DNA of 41,247 bases from Octopus sinensis (GCF_006345805.1 NW_021835372.1:1-41247); one strand, 5' to 3'; shown: positions 1 to 10,350, numbered from the stretch's first letter. The notes: generated by a model from the letters alone, not told the origin. A program made the numbers and translations.

Positions 1-294
1 GATGCCGAGGTGGAAATTCACACCACCATCTCTTCAGTTATATATATAATTGGAGAATATGTTAAACTCACGAAGGGATTGTTGCTTCCTAGGAAATATT
101 TGTTCAAAACCTAGTATCTGGGGGCAATGAAGCTCCCTTAAAACAATAGGTATATATAAAGTATATTTCTTTTCTTCTGTTAGAGGTATATGTGTGTGCG
201 TGAAAGTAAGATCGGAGGAGAAAGGTGTAGGAAGATAGTAAGGTTCAAGCAGTTCGTACAAGGAACTTTCAGGAACAATAGTGGTTTATTGTCG

Positions 295-459
295 TTTTAT
301 TCTTTCACTTGTTTCAGTCATTTGAATGCCGCCAAGCTGGAGCACCGCCTTTAAGTCGAGCAAATCGACTTCAGGACTTATTCTTTGTAAGCCTAGTACT
401 TATTCTATCGGTCTCTTTTGCCGAACCGCTAAGTTACGGGGACGTAAACACACCAGCAT
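295..459 (-). mobile_element. SINE family A, 3' half only
   Basis: Matches the 3' half of the full copies at 18317-18723 and 25040-25480 (ttacttgtttcagtcattt...ggagcaccgcc...gtcgagcaaatcgac...aagttacggggacgtaaacacaccagcat). Confidence 0.85.
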
Positions 460-544
460 TGGATGGTTAAAAGCGCGAGCTACTCACCCTAAGATTCCGA
501 GTTCGATTCTAAGCAGTGACTTGAACAACAGCAACATTAATAAA

Positions 545-589
<45 letters not shown>
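460..589 (+). mobile_element. Minimal tRNA-derived SINE with (TAA)n tail
   Basis: tRNA-like head (tggttaaaagcgcgagctactcaccc...gagttcgattc, B-box) followed directly by (AAT)n; second copy at 4955-5075 on the minus strand. Confidence 0.65.
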
Positions 590-591
<2 letters not shown>

Positions 592-834
592 CATAATCAC
601 ACGTCAGCTGCCGAGAGCAGCGGTAGACCGTCCAGGTACGAACTAAAGTACAGTACCGTCGTCGACCCATCGCTCTCTGCAAATAGGTGCGCGAAGTGCT
701 GCTGAAAAGCCGCACACATCTGCTCAGAGCCGAGTAACACACGCCCATCTCGATTTGTCAAGGACCTGATCGTAGATTTTTTTTCCACGTCGCGTCTCCA
801 ACGTTCGAGCCCATCGGACAGCGTTTGTTCCTTC
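592..834 (-). pseudogene. L1/Tx1-like LINE ORF2 fragment (linker between endonuclease and RT)
   Basis: Translation EGTNAVRWARTLETRRG-(frameshift in A-run)-KSTIRSLTNRDGRVLLGSEQMCAAFQQHFAHLF...FSSYLDGLPLLSAADV resembles the L1/Tx1 pre-RT region; family assignment from recall. Confidence 0.65.
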
Positions 835-839
835 CTTCA

Positions 840-1220
840 ATCTTTGGCAGACGGCCAGCTAATTTGGAGGGCGGGGTGGATACACCGATTGTATCAATCC
901 CTGTGTTCAACTGGTACTTTATCGAAATGGAAAGGATGAACGTCAACCTGCTCGGAATTTGAATTCAGAACAAGACAGACGAAATACCTATTTCTTTATT
1001 ACCCACAAGGGGCTAAACATAGAGAAGACAAACAAGGACAGATATAAGTATTATGTCGATTACATCGACCCCAGTGCGTAACTGGTACTTAGTTTATCGA
1101 CCCCGAAAGGATGAAAGGCAAAGTCGACCTCGGCGGAATTTGAACTCACAACGTAACGGCAGACGAAATACAGCCAACCATTTCGCCCGGCGTGCTAATG
1201 ATTCTGCCTGCTCGCCGCCT
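840..1220 (-). mobile_element. SINE family B dimer (Z-tail monomer plus degenerate second monomer)
   Basis: Reverse complement of ggcggcgagc...gttctgagttcaaattccgccgaggtcgactttgcctttcatcctttcggggtcgat...ttagccccttgtgggtaataaagaaatag, joined at gtatttcgtctg to a second decayed core. Confidence 0.9.
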
Positions 1221-1261
1221 AACAGCAACAACAACAACAATAATAATAATAATAATAACAG

Positions 1262-1325
<64 letters not shown>

Positions 1326-2135
1326 ATTATTATTATCACGGCTATCAGTTGTTTTCCGGGTAATTACTTCATAAGCCTTCCGCGCTTTCTGCCTCTAAAA
1401 ATATCGCTGTTCATTTTCGTTTTTTTTTTCTTTTTCGTTGGTTTTTTTTTCTTGTTGTATATTTATTTATTTATTTATTCATTTATTTATTTGCTATCTA
1501 TTTTATTCCTTCACTTCTTTTCTGAAGTACATTTTTTTTTATTTGTTTATCACATAAGATGATATTCGTTGAACCCTTGTTTACAGTTGTTGTTTCTCTT
1601 ACCGTTGCTGCTGCTGCTGCTGCTGCCGCCGCTGCTTTTGTTTGCCTTTTCGTAATTGATAGTTTTGTTCTGATTTCAGTTGCTGCTGCTGATATTGATG
1701 ATAACGATGATGGCGAAGAGGGGAAAGAAGAGAATAAGGGGGAAGAATGAAGAGAAGGTGGAGACGACGACGACGATGACGATGATGATGAATATTGTAA
1801 CGACGATGCTGTTGTAGTTGCTGCTGCTGCGGCTTCTGCTGCTGCTGCGGCTTCTGCTGCTGCTACGGCTTCTGCTGCTACTGCAGCTGCTGCCGCTGAT
1901 GATGATAATCATCATAACGATCACCATCATAATGATGATAATGACTTGAAGATGATGACGATGGCACCGACAACCATGGCGACGACGACGACGACGACGA
2001 TGACGATGATGATGACGATGACGATGATGACGATGCTGATGACATGACGACGCCAACCACTCGCTGCGACAAAAACATCGACGACAATGGTGATGACAAC
2101 AATGATGATGATGCTGACGATGATCTGTTGCACTT
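1221..2135. repeat. Compound trinucleotide microsatellites and low-complexity tract (CAA, TAA, GAT, GCT, GAC)
   Basis: Direct inspection; accounts for the poly-N/D/S/H/I ORFs in the track. Confidence 0.9.
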
Positions 2136-2563
2136 TTACTGAGGTCGATCAAAGAAATAATGTCATCATTTACTTTGTTTATGTTCTGTTGTTTACCTGC
2201 AATTTGGTTCTGATTTCTGATTCATAACATATATGATCAAATGCATTCTGGCCATGACCATCCCATCCAATGTTATTTATCTATTTATTCTTTTTCTTTT
2301 TTCTTTTTACTTGTTTCAGTCGTTTGACAGCGACCATACTGGAACACCGCCTTCAGTCGAACAAATCGACCCCAGGACTTATTCTTTGTAAGGTAGTGCT
2401 TATTCAATCGGTCTCACTTTTGCCGAAACGCTAAGTTACGGAGTTACGGGGACGTAAGCACATCATCATCGATTGTCAAGTGATGGTGGGCGGGGGAACA
2501 AACACGGACACAGATAATAAACACACACACACACCCATATATATATATATATATATATATATA

Positions 2564-2697
2564 TGGAAAAAAATCAAGATAGAAAATGCTAAAATAATTT
2601 TATAAAAAACATTTCAGTACCGGTTTCAGTCATTGAAACATTTTCAATTGTAAGTATGGAAAACAATTAAACTTTTGAAAAGAATATTTGCATCGTA
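2564..2697 (-). mobile_element. TA-embedded island related to 16943-17170 and 17319-17548
   Basis: Reverse complement shares atgcaaatattctttt...aattgaaaa...tcaatg(a/g)ctgaaaccggtact...attttctatcttga with those copies. Confidence 0.75.
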
Positions 2698-2809
2698 TAT
2701 GTATGTATGTATGTGTATATATATATATATATAATGTAGGATAAATTTTTTCGAAAAAAAAATTTTATCAATGGCCAGCATATTAAAAAATACCTTTAAA
2801 GGTAAAATT

Positions 2810-2984
2810 TATAAACAACTTATAAATAAGGGCAAACGAAAAAATTTCTTATGCCAAATATACCAAAATTAGACACATTGTCCACAAGCATTATAATGTT
2901 ATAATGGTTATGGACAATGTGTCTAATTCGGCTTATTTGGCATTAGAAATTTTTTCGTTTGCCCTTATTTATAAGTTGTTTATA
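2810..2984. repeat. Near-perfect palindrome of about 175 bp (fold-back)
   Basis: Left arm tataaacaacttataaataagggcaaacgaaaaaatttc...aattagacacattgtcca pairs with 2911-2984; pairing continues to a 2-nt centre at 2897-2898 with few mismatches. Confidence 0.92.
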
Positions 2985-3195
2985 TATATATATATATTAT
3001 ATATATATATATATATAATACGGGCTTCTTTCAGTTTCCGTCTACGAAATCCACTCACAAGGCTTTGGCCGGCCCGAGGCTATAGTAGAAGATACTTGCC
3101 AGAGGTTCCACGCAATGGGACTGAACCCGGAACCATGCGATTGGGAAGCAAGCTTCTTACCACACAGCCACCCCTGCACCTATTCATTCTATTTC

Positions 3196-3202
3196 ATTAT
3201 TA

Positions 3203-3261
<59 letters not shown>

Positions 3262-3269
3262 AATATAAC

Positions 3270-3317
<48 letters not shown>
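3196..3317. repeat. (ATT)n immediately followed by (AAT)n
   Basis: Direct inspection; orientation switches at about 3258. Confidence 0.9.
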
Positions 3318-3318
<1 letters not shown>

Positions 3319-3589
3319 TTGGAGTTGTAGATTTGGCTCTATGGTTCAGAATTTCCCTTCAGTGTGTTCGTCTTCTAAAACTCAGGGCCGATAAAATGCT
3401 TTATCATTGAATTTAACCTGTGGATGCTAGTTGTATGTGTGTGTGTGTATGTGTGTGTGTGTGTGGTGTGCGTGTGTGTGTGTGTGCGTGTCTGCGTGCA
3501 CGTGTACTTGTCCGTGTGTGTGTGTGTGTGTCAGCATATGTCTCTGTGTGTGCCTGTGCATTGTTTGTGCTTCTTCCTTACCATCACTT

Positions 3590-3725
3590 AAGAACCGATT
3601 TGTAAGCGTTTGATTTAAAACAAGTTACCGGGGTCGTTTTCTTCGACTAAATCTCTCAAGACGATACTCCAGCATGGTCGCAGTCCAAGGCCTGAACAAA
3701 AAAAAAATAATAAAAAGAATAAAAG
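3590..3725 (+). mobile_element. Degenerate SINE A-type 3' tail
   Basis: ccggggtcgttttcttcgactaaa...ctccagcatggtcgcagtc...aaaagaataaaagaa. Confidence 0.7.
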
Positions 3726-4484
3726 AAGACTCGTGTACCTTGATATACATTATCCAATGTTTACATTTTTAAGATAGTAAAATATTGTTCGAAAGAGATT
3801 CGGTTTCTATTTCTAGCAGTCCTAACAACCACGTATAGGCTCTAATTGCAGCTGCTTCTTCGCTCCTGCTGCTGCTGCTGCTGCTGCTAATGGTGATGAT
3901 GATTTTTGATAGGTCAATTCCATGTGGAACAACGAAATAAGGAAAGAAATACAAGACTAAAAGAATAATTGCATTAAAAACCACATAAAATAAAAAAACA
4001 ACAACACTAGGTTATTACAGTTTTAGCCAAATTATGTACGAATGAATGAGGAACGAAGCTAAATACTTAAAGGAAATGTTTCTGCTTAACCAAACAGAAC
4101 AAAAAAAAAAAGAAACAATGAACAAAGAATAGAAACAATAAATAAATGAGGAAGGGAAGAATGTTGAAAGAATATATATTTGTTATTTAAACTAAACAGA
4201 AATAGAGAAAGAAAATAAAAGTGAATATAAAAAAAAAACACAACAAAGTTAATCAATAAACAAAAAGTATATATTAACAAACTTTAAGACTATCAAAATG
4301 AAATTTGCAGCCTTTACTTCCGGTTTCGTAGTTTCCGGTATCAATCTTCAATTTTGTTGCCCGTAATGTATTTTCTCGTGTAACAAATCCCAGCTGTTTA
4401 CTTTCTTAATAGTACATGTAACACTGACAGGCTGTACTTTCTGCCTTGAGAAAGTTCTGAAGAGTTTTAATTTATTTTTATTAT

Positions 4485-4685
4485 TGACGGAATCGTTAGA
4501 GGTTGCGGGTAAAGAAAACAAGTGCTAAGCGCTGTTTGTTCCGGCTGTTTAGGTTCTGAGTTCAGATGCCACCGAGGTCGACTTTGCCTTTCATCTTTTC
4601 AAGGTTCATAAAATAAGTAGCGTTCAAGCACTGATATTCGATTAATACCTTTCAAAATTACTGGCCTTCTGCCCAAATTTGAATC
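4485..4685 (+). mobile_element. Degenerate SINE family B (X tail)
   Basis: gttctgagttcagatgccaccgaggtcgactttgcctttcatc...ggccttctgcccaaatttgaa. Confidence 0.75.
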
Positions 4686-4954
4686 CGTTTAGGTAGAATC
4701 GCTAGGGCGTTTTCAAAAGTGATTTGTGGTACCTGCTCCAGCTGTTACGTAATGAGTTCCAATTTGAGTGCAGGTGAGGTTGTCTTTTCTTCATTTCAGG
4801 GTCGATTATATAAGATAGCAGCCAAGTAAACAATTACATTCGAAGGATATTTGTCCTCGTCTTATTTGTTGTTAACACAATGTTGTGGGTGATATACTCT
4901 CCAGGTTTTGGGGAAATTTCGAACCTGGATTCTCATTCCTAAGTATTTTTCGAT

Positions 4955-4955
4955 G

Positions 4956-5000
<45 letters not shown>

Positions 5001-5075
5001 GTGTTCAGGTCACTGTTTGGAGTCGACCTCGGAATCTTGGGGTTAGTAGCCCGCGCTCTATGCCATATACCCGTG
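4955..5075 (-). mobile_element. Minimal tRNA-derived SINE with (TAA)n tail
   Basis: Reverse complement reads ggtatatggcatagagcgcgggctactaaccccaagattccgaggtcgactccaaacagtgacctgaacac(taa)n; homologous to 460-589. Confidence 0.7.
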
Positions 5076-5232
5076 AGCAATTATGGAGTGAATTTTAGGG
5101 CTTATAAATCTAATATTTTTCTATCTTTCCTTAATACCGGTTCCCATATGCTGCTCATATCTGCACTCGGTCTGCTTAGGAGGTTGTTGTGTCGAATGTA
5201 AATAAAGTACATAATTCCTTATTATTATTATC

Positions 5233-5279
<47 letters not shown>

Positions 5280-5460
5280 GGCGGCGAGCTGGCAGAAACA
5301 TTAGAACGCCGGGCGAAATGCTTAGCGGTATTTCGTTTGCCGTTACGTTCTGAGTTCAAATTCCGCCGAGGTCGACTTTGCCTTTCATCCTTTCGGGGTC
5401 GATAAATTAAGTATCAGTTACGCACTGGGGTCGATATAATCGACTTAATCCGTTTGTCTG
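5280..5460 (+). mobile_element. SINE family B (Z type, 3'-truncated) beside (TTA)n
   Basis: Nearly identical to 20897-21122 from head to ttaatccgtttgtctg; flanked by TTA repeats on both sides. Confidence 0.92.
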
Positions 5461-5491
5461 TTTTATTATTATTATTTTAACTCATGTCCAT

Positions 5492-5536
5492 TGTCCTGAA
5501 ATCTTTCGTTACACATCTGTGACTGCTTCAGCGACA
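5492..5536 (-). ncRNA. Degenerate hammerhead-like motif in the left arm
   Basis: TGTCG-CTGAAGC-A-GTCACA-GATG-TGTAAC-GAAA-GAT-TTC-AGGACA: GAAA and an NUH triplet present, A9 changed to C. Confidence 0.5.
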
Positions 5537-5956
5537 CTTTTCGCTTTCGTGTGTGCTTTTGCTCCAGTTACTCCATTCTATTCTTCTAAGATGTGTGCGC
5601 ATGCATTTAAATCCGCACGCACACGCGTATGTGTGTGTACTCGTGAGTGTCTGTCATTGTTCTTAGTAGCAGTATGCCATTCCCCTCAGGCCCATCCTTT
5701 CACCCCATTGTGCTACTGCTGTCCTAAGACCCGAAAATTTGGTACAGTTCCTGCATCTCTCTGTGTTTGTTTGCCCATGGTGTTGCCATCCTGGTAGTTG
5801 TTGTTATTGCAACCGTTGTCACCAATGCAGCTGCTGTCGCTGTTATTCGTCTTATTGATATTGTTGTGACCGTCCGTGAAATCTCTTGTGTGTGTGTTTG
5901 TGTGAGTGTATGGGTTCGCTTCGTATTTGTTTGTATCCATGCCCTTTATATAGATT

Positions 5957-6020
<64 letters not shown>

Positions 6021-6144
6021 CTATCTCTATTTCTTATATTTATCACAGATACGTGACAAATATATTTATGTATCTATCTATTTATTATTTATTTACCTGA
6101 CATATACACAAGCGTACACACACACACACACATACGCACACATG

Positions 6145-6176
<32 letters not shown>

Positions 6177-6270
6177 GACAGACAGACGTAAACGCATGCG
6201 CACATAGGGATGCACATCTTAGAAGAACATAATGGAGTAAGTGGAGTAAGAGCACACACGAAAACGAAAA

Positions 6271-6316
6271 GTATTGCTGAAGAGGTCACAGATGTGTGAC
6301 AAAAGATTGCTGAACA
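6271..6316 (+). ncRNA. Degenerate hammerhead-like motif in the right arm
   Basis: CTGAAGA-G-GTCACA-GATG-TGTGAC-AAAA-GAT-TGC: core first half and 6-bp stem II intact, GAAA changed to AAAA. Confidence 0.5.
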
Positions 6317-6445
6317 ATGGACATGAGTTAAAATAATAATAAAAATTAAGAACAGTAATAAATTAATGAAGAACAAATATATAGTGCGCGTGTTTATTTG
6401 GAAAATAAATGAATAAATAAAAATGACCATCTCGAAATACAACAA

Positions 6446-6501
<56 letters not shown>

Positions 6502-6665
6502 CTTTTTTTTCTTCTTTCAAATTTGCTTCCATTTCTTGCCGAGTGTCTTCCCGACTCCTAGGGCAAAGAAACTCATAGTATACATTGGTAGGCCATTAAA
6601 CTAAACTCACTAGTTCGTTCATTTTTTTTTAAAGTTAAATTAAAATACATGGGTAGTAATAGTTC

Positions 6666-7256
6666 TCACATCGACAATGCTCTTCTCAATACGTGTGATG
6701 TACCAGTTAAGACAATCTTTTGCACTTTTTGCAGGGATGGTAAGCCAGGGATCATTGTCATATAATTTTCGGTTCCCTTCTTGATCATTCCTAGTGCTCC
6801 TACGATCACTGGTATTGTAACCGCCTTGAGATGCCACATTTTCTCAATTTCAATGAGCAGGTCTTTATATTTTCTGAGCTTGTCAAACTCTTTCGCCGAG
6901 ATATTATGATCACAGGGGATGCTCATGTCAATCAATAAGCAAACTTTATTGTTTTGGCCTTTCACAACAATATCTGGTTTATTGGCTTTGATGGTTCGGT
7001 CTGTATGTACTGGAAAGTCCCACAGAATCGTTACATTTTCTCCTTCAGTTACAGCTTTAGGGTAGTGATTATACCACTTGTCGGCAGTTTTGATATTGTA
7101 ATGCCGACTTATTAGCCAGTGTAGATATTGGCCAACTCTGACATGTCTTAATTTATACTCCACTGGTGCTAAGACTTTACATCCAGAGATTAGGTGGTCC
7201 ACTGTTTCAATCATGTCGTTGCAGAATCGGTATTTTGGGTCTGCTCCATTTTTCAT
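6666..7256 (-). pseudogene. Zinc knuckle and restriction-like endonuclease portion of the R4/Dong ORF
   Basis: 198-aa track ORF ending VIVGALGMIKKG...QKIVLTGTSHVLRRALSM; out of frame with the RT; first knuckle Cys is Tyr. Confidence 0.88.
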
Positions 7257-7315
7257 CAACATTGGCCTGGTAGTTCCGGGTTAATAGGCTTGATCTTGAG
7301 CAGCCAGGATGAACC

Positions 7316-8483
7316 TTTGCTCTCTGCTTTTAGCCCTGAGCTCCGAAGCCACTGATGGGTTTGCTTCTGGTCAGCATCAGCTTGTTTGCTGCGGGCCACA
7401 TATTTGCCGTGCAGAGGTTTCTCCTCCCACCTATCAGCCAATTGCTCGTGCGCTTTTTTCGTTGCCATTATTTTCACCTTCTTTGCAACAATAGTTGCCG
7501 TACTTCCCTCGGGTTGTTCAGTTTGGGTATCCTGCACGAGATCAATAGTAAATTTTTTGCTTTCCTTTATGATTGAATGAAGCTTCTTTCGTCTCTCGTG
7601 ATTTTCCACGAGCTTTAGCATCCAGTCATTCGTTATTTCGAGATATTTGACCAGTCCAATTGTGGTTGTTTTGTAAGCTAGTTCAAATTGGATCAGGCCT
7701 CGACCTCCTTGGGCTCTGGGAAGGTAAAGGCGATCTACGTCTGCCTTTGGGTGTTGCATCCTATTACAACTCAGCAGCTTGCGTATTTTCCTATCTATAT
7801 TCTTTACTCCACTCATATTCCAGTTCAACAGATTGTAGCTATAAGTAACAACTGGAACTGCTAAGGAATTTATAGCTACCACCTTGTTACATGCATTTAG
7901 TTCAGATTTCAGGACTGCACGAACTCTCCTATAACATTCCTTCCTGATCTTCTCTTTCATGCTTGCATGCTGAATACCAGAGCCTTCATTTATCCCTAAA
8001 TATTTGTATGTTTGTTCTTGCTCAAGCTCTCTTATGACTGTGTCAACATCTAACACGATTGAATTTGTCGTCTTCACTTTCCCTTTCTGGAAAGTGGCCT
8101 TGGCACACTTCTCAAGCCCAAACTCCATCCCGATGTCATCGCTGAATGCTTTCACAGTGCGCAATAGGCCTTCAAGTTCATTATCGTCTTTACCATAGAG
8201 TTTTAAGTCGTCCATATAAAATAGATGGCTTATTTTTTTATTGGCAATTTTATACCCACACCCTGTTCTGTTTAATTCACTTGTAAGGGGTATTAGGGCT
8301 ATGCAGAATATTAAAGGTGAAAGTGAGTCACCTTGAAAAATTCCACAGTTGATGTTTATATTTTCTGAGGCAAGTACTCCGTTAGAGTGGTATAATTGGA
8401 GATTCGTATTCCACAACGACATATTGTGCTTCAGGAAGCTTGAAATCACAGGGGAAATTTTGAAGATGTCCAGCGATCTCAAG
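7316..8483 (-). pseudogene. Reverse transcriptase and thumb portion of the R4/Dong ORF (stop-free)
   Basis: Part of the 446-aa track ORF from LRSLDIFKISP to WLRSSGLKAES; the N-terminal poly-I/M in the track is microsatellite read-through. Confidence 0.9.
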
Positions 8484-8527
<44 letters not shown>

Positions 8528-8582
8528 CATCATCATCATCATCACCATTATCATCATCATCATTATTATTATCGTTATTATT

Positions 8583-8732
8583 GAGCATTCCAGCAAGCAA
8601 AACCTCCAAGGAAAGAAATTTGTAACCAGATAACCTTCTAGAAACAGCTAGTTTTGATGAGAAAGGGTTTTCTAGTTTTCTTAACATAAAGTTTCAGAGT
8701 TCTTGGAGGGTAACACTCCACTACCTCGGATG
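8583..8732 (-). mobile_element. 3' fragment of a second, unidentified TAA-tailed retroposon
   Basis: On the minus strand unique sequence runs into (TAA/TGA)n at 8583; its broken end cctcggatg appears to continue at window position 1 (gatgccgagg). Confidence 0.35.
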
Positions 8733-9458
8733 AAAGGAATATTTGTCTTTCAAAAGTTTCTATATTTTTTGGCAAAGTGCCATTTTCAGTATTTATTCTA
8801 GTTTCATTTTGGCCGCTTCAACGTAGGTGATTCTTACAGAGGTGGTGGTTGAAACATCAATAATTTATACAAACACATCGCCAGATTATTTTTAAACGAT
8901 AAAGTAAATTTTAAAAGTGGAAAAAAATTCAAGAAAATAAAAAAAACAATCAAGGTAACGGAGGTTCTAGCTTCAACATTTTCAGAATATGTAGAATGCA
9001 AAATACAAAACAAGAATATGGTTAGATGTATAAATTTTAAAATTGAAAGACAGAAAGAACAGCAGCAACAACAAGACCAGCAACACTATTCTGTTCTACA
9101 AAATTGAAGGATTGGTTAAGATACACGACTTGACTCAAACCAGCTCAAAAGAAAAGACAGAAGAAATTGACGAGATATGAGCTGTAGGATGTGTGTCCCT
9201 TTACCCGGTGCAGGGTATAAGGAAGTATGTGTCTGATTTTAAGAACGAAAATCAGGTGTGGACGCTGGCAAAGTGTGTGCGCCCGACTCCAGTTCACAAC
9301 ACATGACTGGAGTAGGTCATATGGAAATGTATTCTCAACCCTCAAGATCGAGACCCAAGTATGGAGACTGGTAAACCTGGGGCGTTACACACATGTCCAG
9401 ACCGGTAACATAATACAGGGGCTTCAGAAAACGACGACTACATCCACGGATATATATA

Positions 9459-9513
<55 letters not shown>

Positions 9514-9532
9514 ATATATATATATATATAAT

Positions 9533-9597
<65 letters not shown>

Positions 9598-9622
9598 AAT
9601 ATATATATATATATATATATAT

Positions 9623-9815
9623 AGTAGAAAGAATAGCCAAAACTTTTTGACTGCTATTTCTAAATTCGGTGTGTGGTGAGGCAAATCGTTGCTAAACCCT
9701 TAATTACTTAGTATTACTTAAACCTTCCTTAATGGGGCTTTCACATGCCGAACTCTACTTGGTGAAATTAATGATTATTTCTAAATTAATTAATTTCACC
9801 CTTTATTATTGATAT
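9623..9815. mobile_element. TA-embedded island with a 12-bp stem hairpin
   Basis: Unique sequence between long (TA)n tracts; ggtgaaattaat (9761) pairs with attaatttcacc (to 9800). Confidence 0.5.
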
Positions 9816-9818
9816 AAT

Positions 9819-9879
<61 letters not shown>

Positions 9880-9979
9880 TGTGGTGTGTGTGTGTGTATG
9901 TATATTATATATATATGTATGTATGTATGTATGTATATATGCATGTATGTATATATATATATGTATATATATATATTTA

Positions 9980-10010
<31 letters not shown>

Positions 10011-10086
10011 ATATAATATGTATGTATGTATGTATGTATATATATATGCATGTATGTATATATATATATGTGTATATATATATATT

Positions 10087-10133
<47 letters not shown>

Positions 10134-10159
10134 TGTATTGGTCCTTGACTTCTGATCTC

Positions 10160-10350
10160 TTTTGCGCAAAGTGAAGGTAATTGGTGATCGTGATGACGAT
10201 CTACAATATGTGATCTGCATGGACTCCAATAAACGTAGCACTATCCTTAATGTGCACGCCATTTAGAGAAAGAGGACTGAGAAGAGATCAGTTAGATTGG
10301 TAATGCAAGCTAGAAGGTCGAGTTGCGACACGTGTGGTAGTAAAGTCCAC
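10160..10350 (+). pseudogene. Possible LINE ORF1 (gag-like) zinc-knuckle remnant
   Basis: Translation SVRLVMQARRSSCDTCGSKVHL resembles VxVEGRRPxCxxCGxxGH preceding a CCHC knuckle; last Cys absent, stops upstream. Confidence 0.4.

Larger units (their letters stand above)
2285..3182 (-). mobile_element. Full SINE family A copy whose central (TA)n carries two nested inserts
   Basis: Tail half 2285-2540 and tRNA-head half 3020-3182 match other A copies; 2564-2984 is extra sequence bounded by (TA)n. Confidence 0.9.
5461..6344. mobile_element. Fold-back element with inverted arms of about 150 bp (5461-5612 and 6190-6344), each ending in (TAA)n
   Basis: Arms are diverged reverse complements (gcatgcgcac...catcttagaagaa...atggagtaa...gcacacacgaaa...gctgaag..gtcacagatgtgt..c.aaagat...acaatggacatgagttaaaataataat). 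Confidence 0.85.
6500..8483 (-). mobile_element. 5'-truncated R4/Dong-clade non-LTR retrotransposon inserted in (TAA)n
   Basis: RT motifs GIFQGDSLSPLIFC and HLFYMDDLKLY, then CCHC-like YRFC...ETVDHLISGC and restriction-like endonuclease KPDIVV...LIDMSIP...KEFDKLRKY, 3' UTR of about 165 nt, TAA tracts on both sides in the same orientation. Confidence 0.92.

Noticed and set aside
4862-4955. Segment after the mini-SINE tail that I recall as hammerhead-bearing in related repeats
   Set aside because: This copy has no CUGANGA or GAAA core, so the sequence itself does not support the call.
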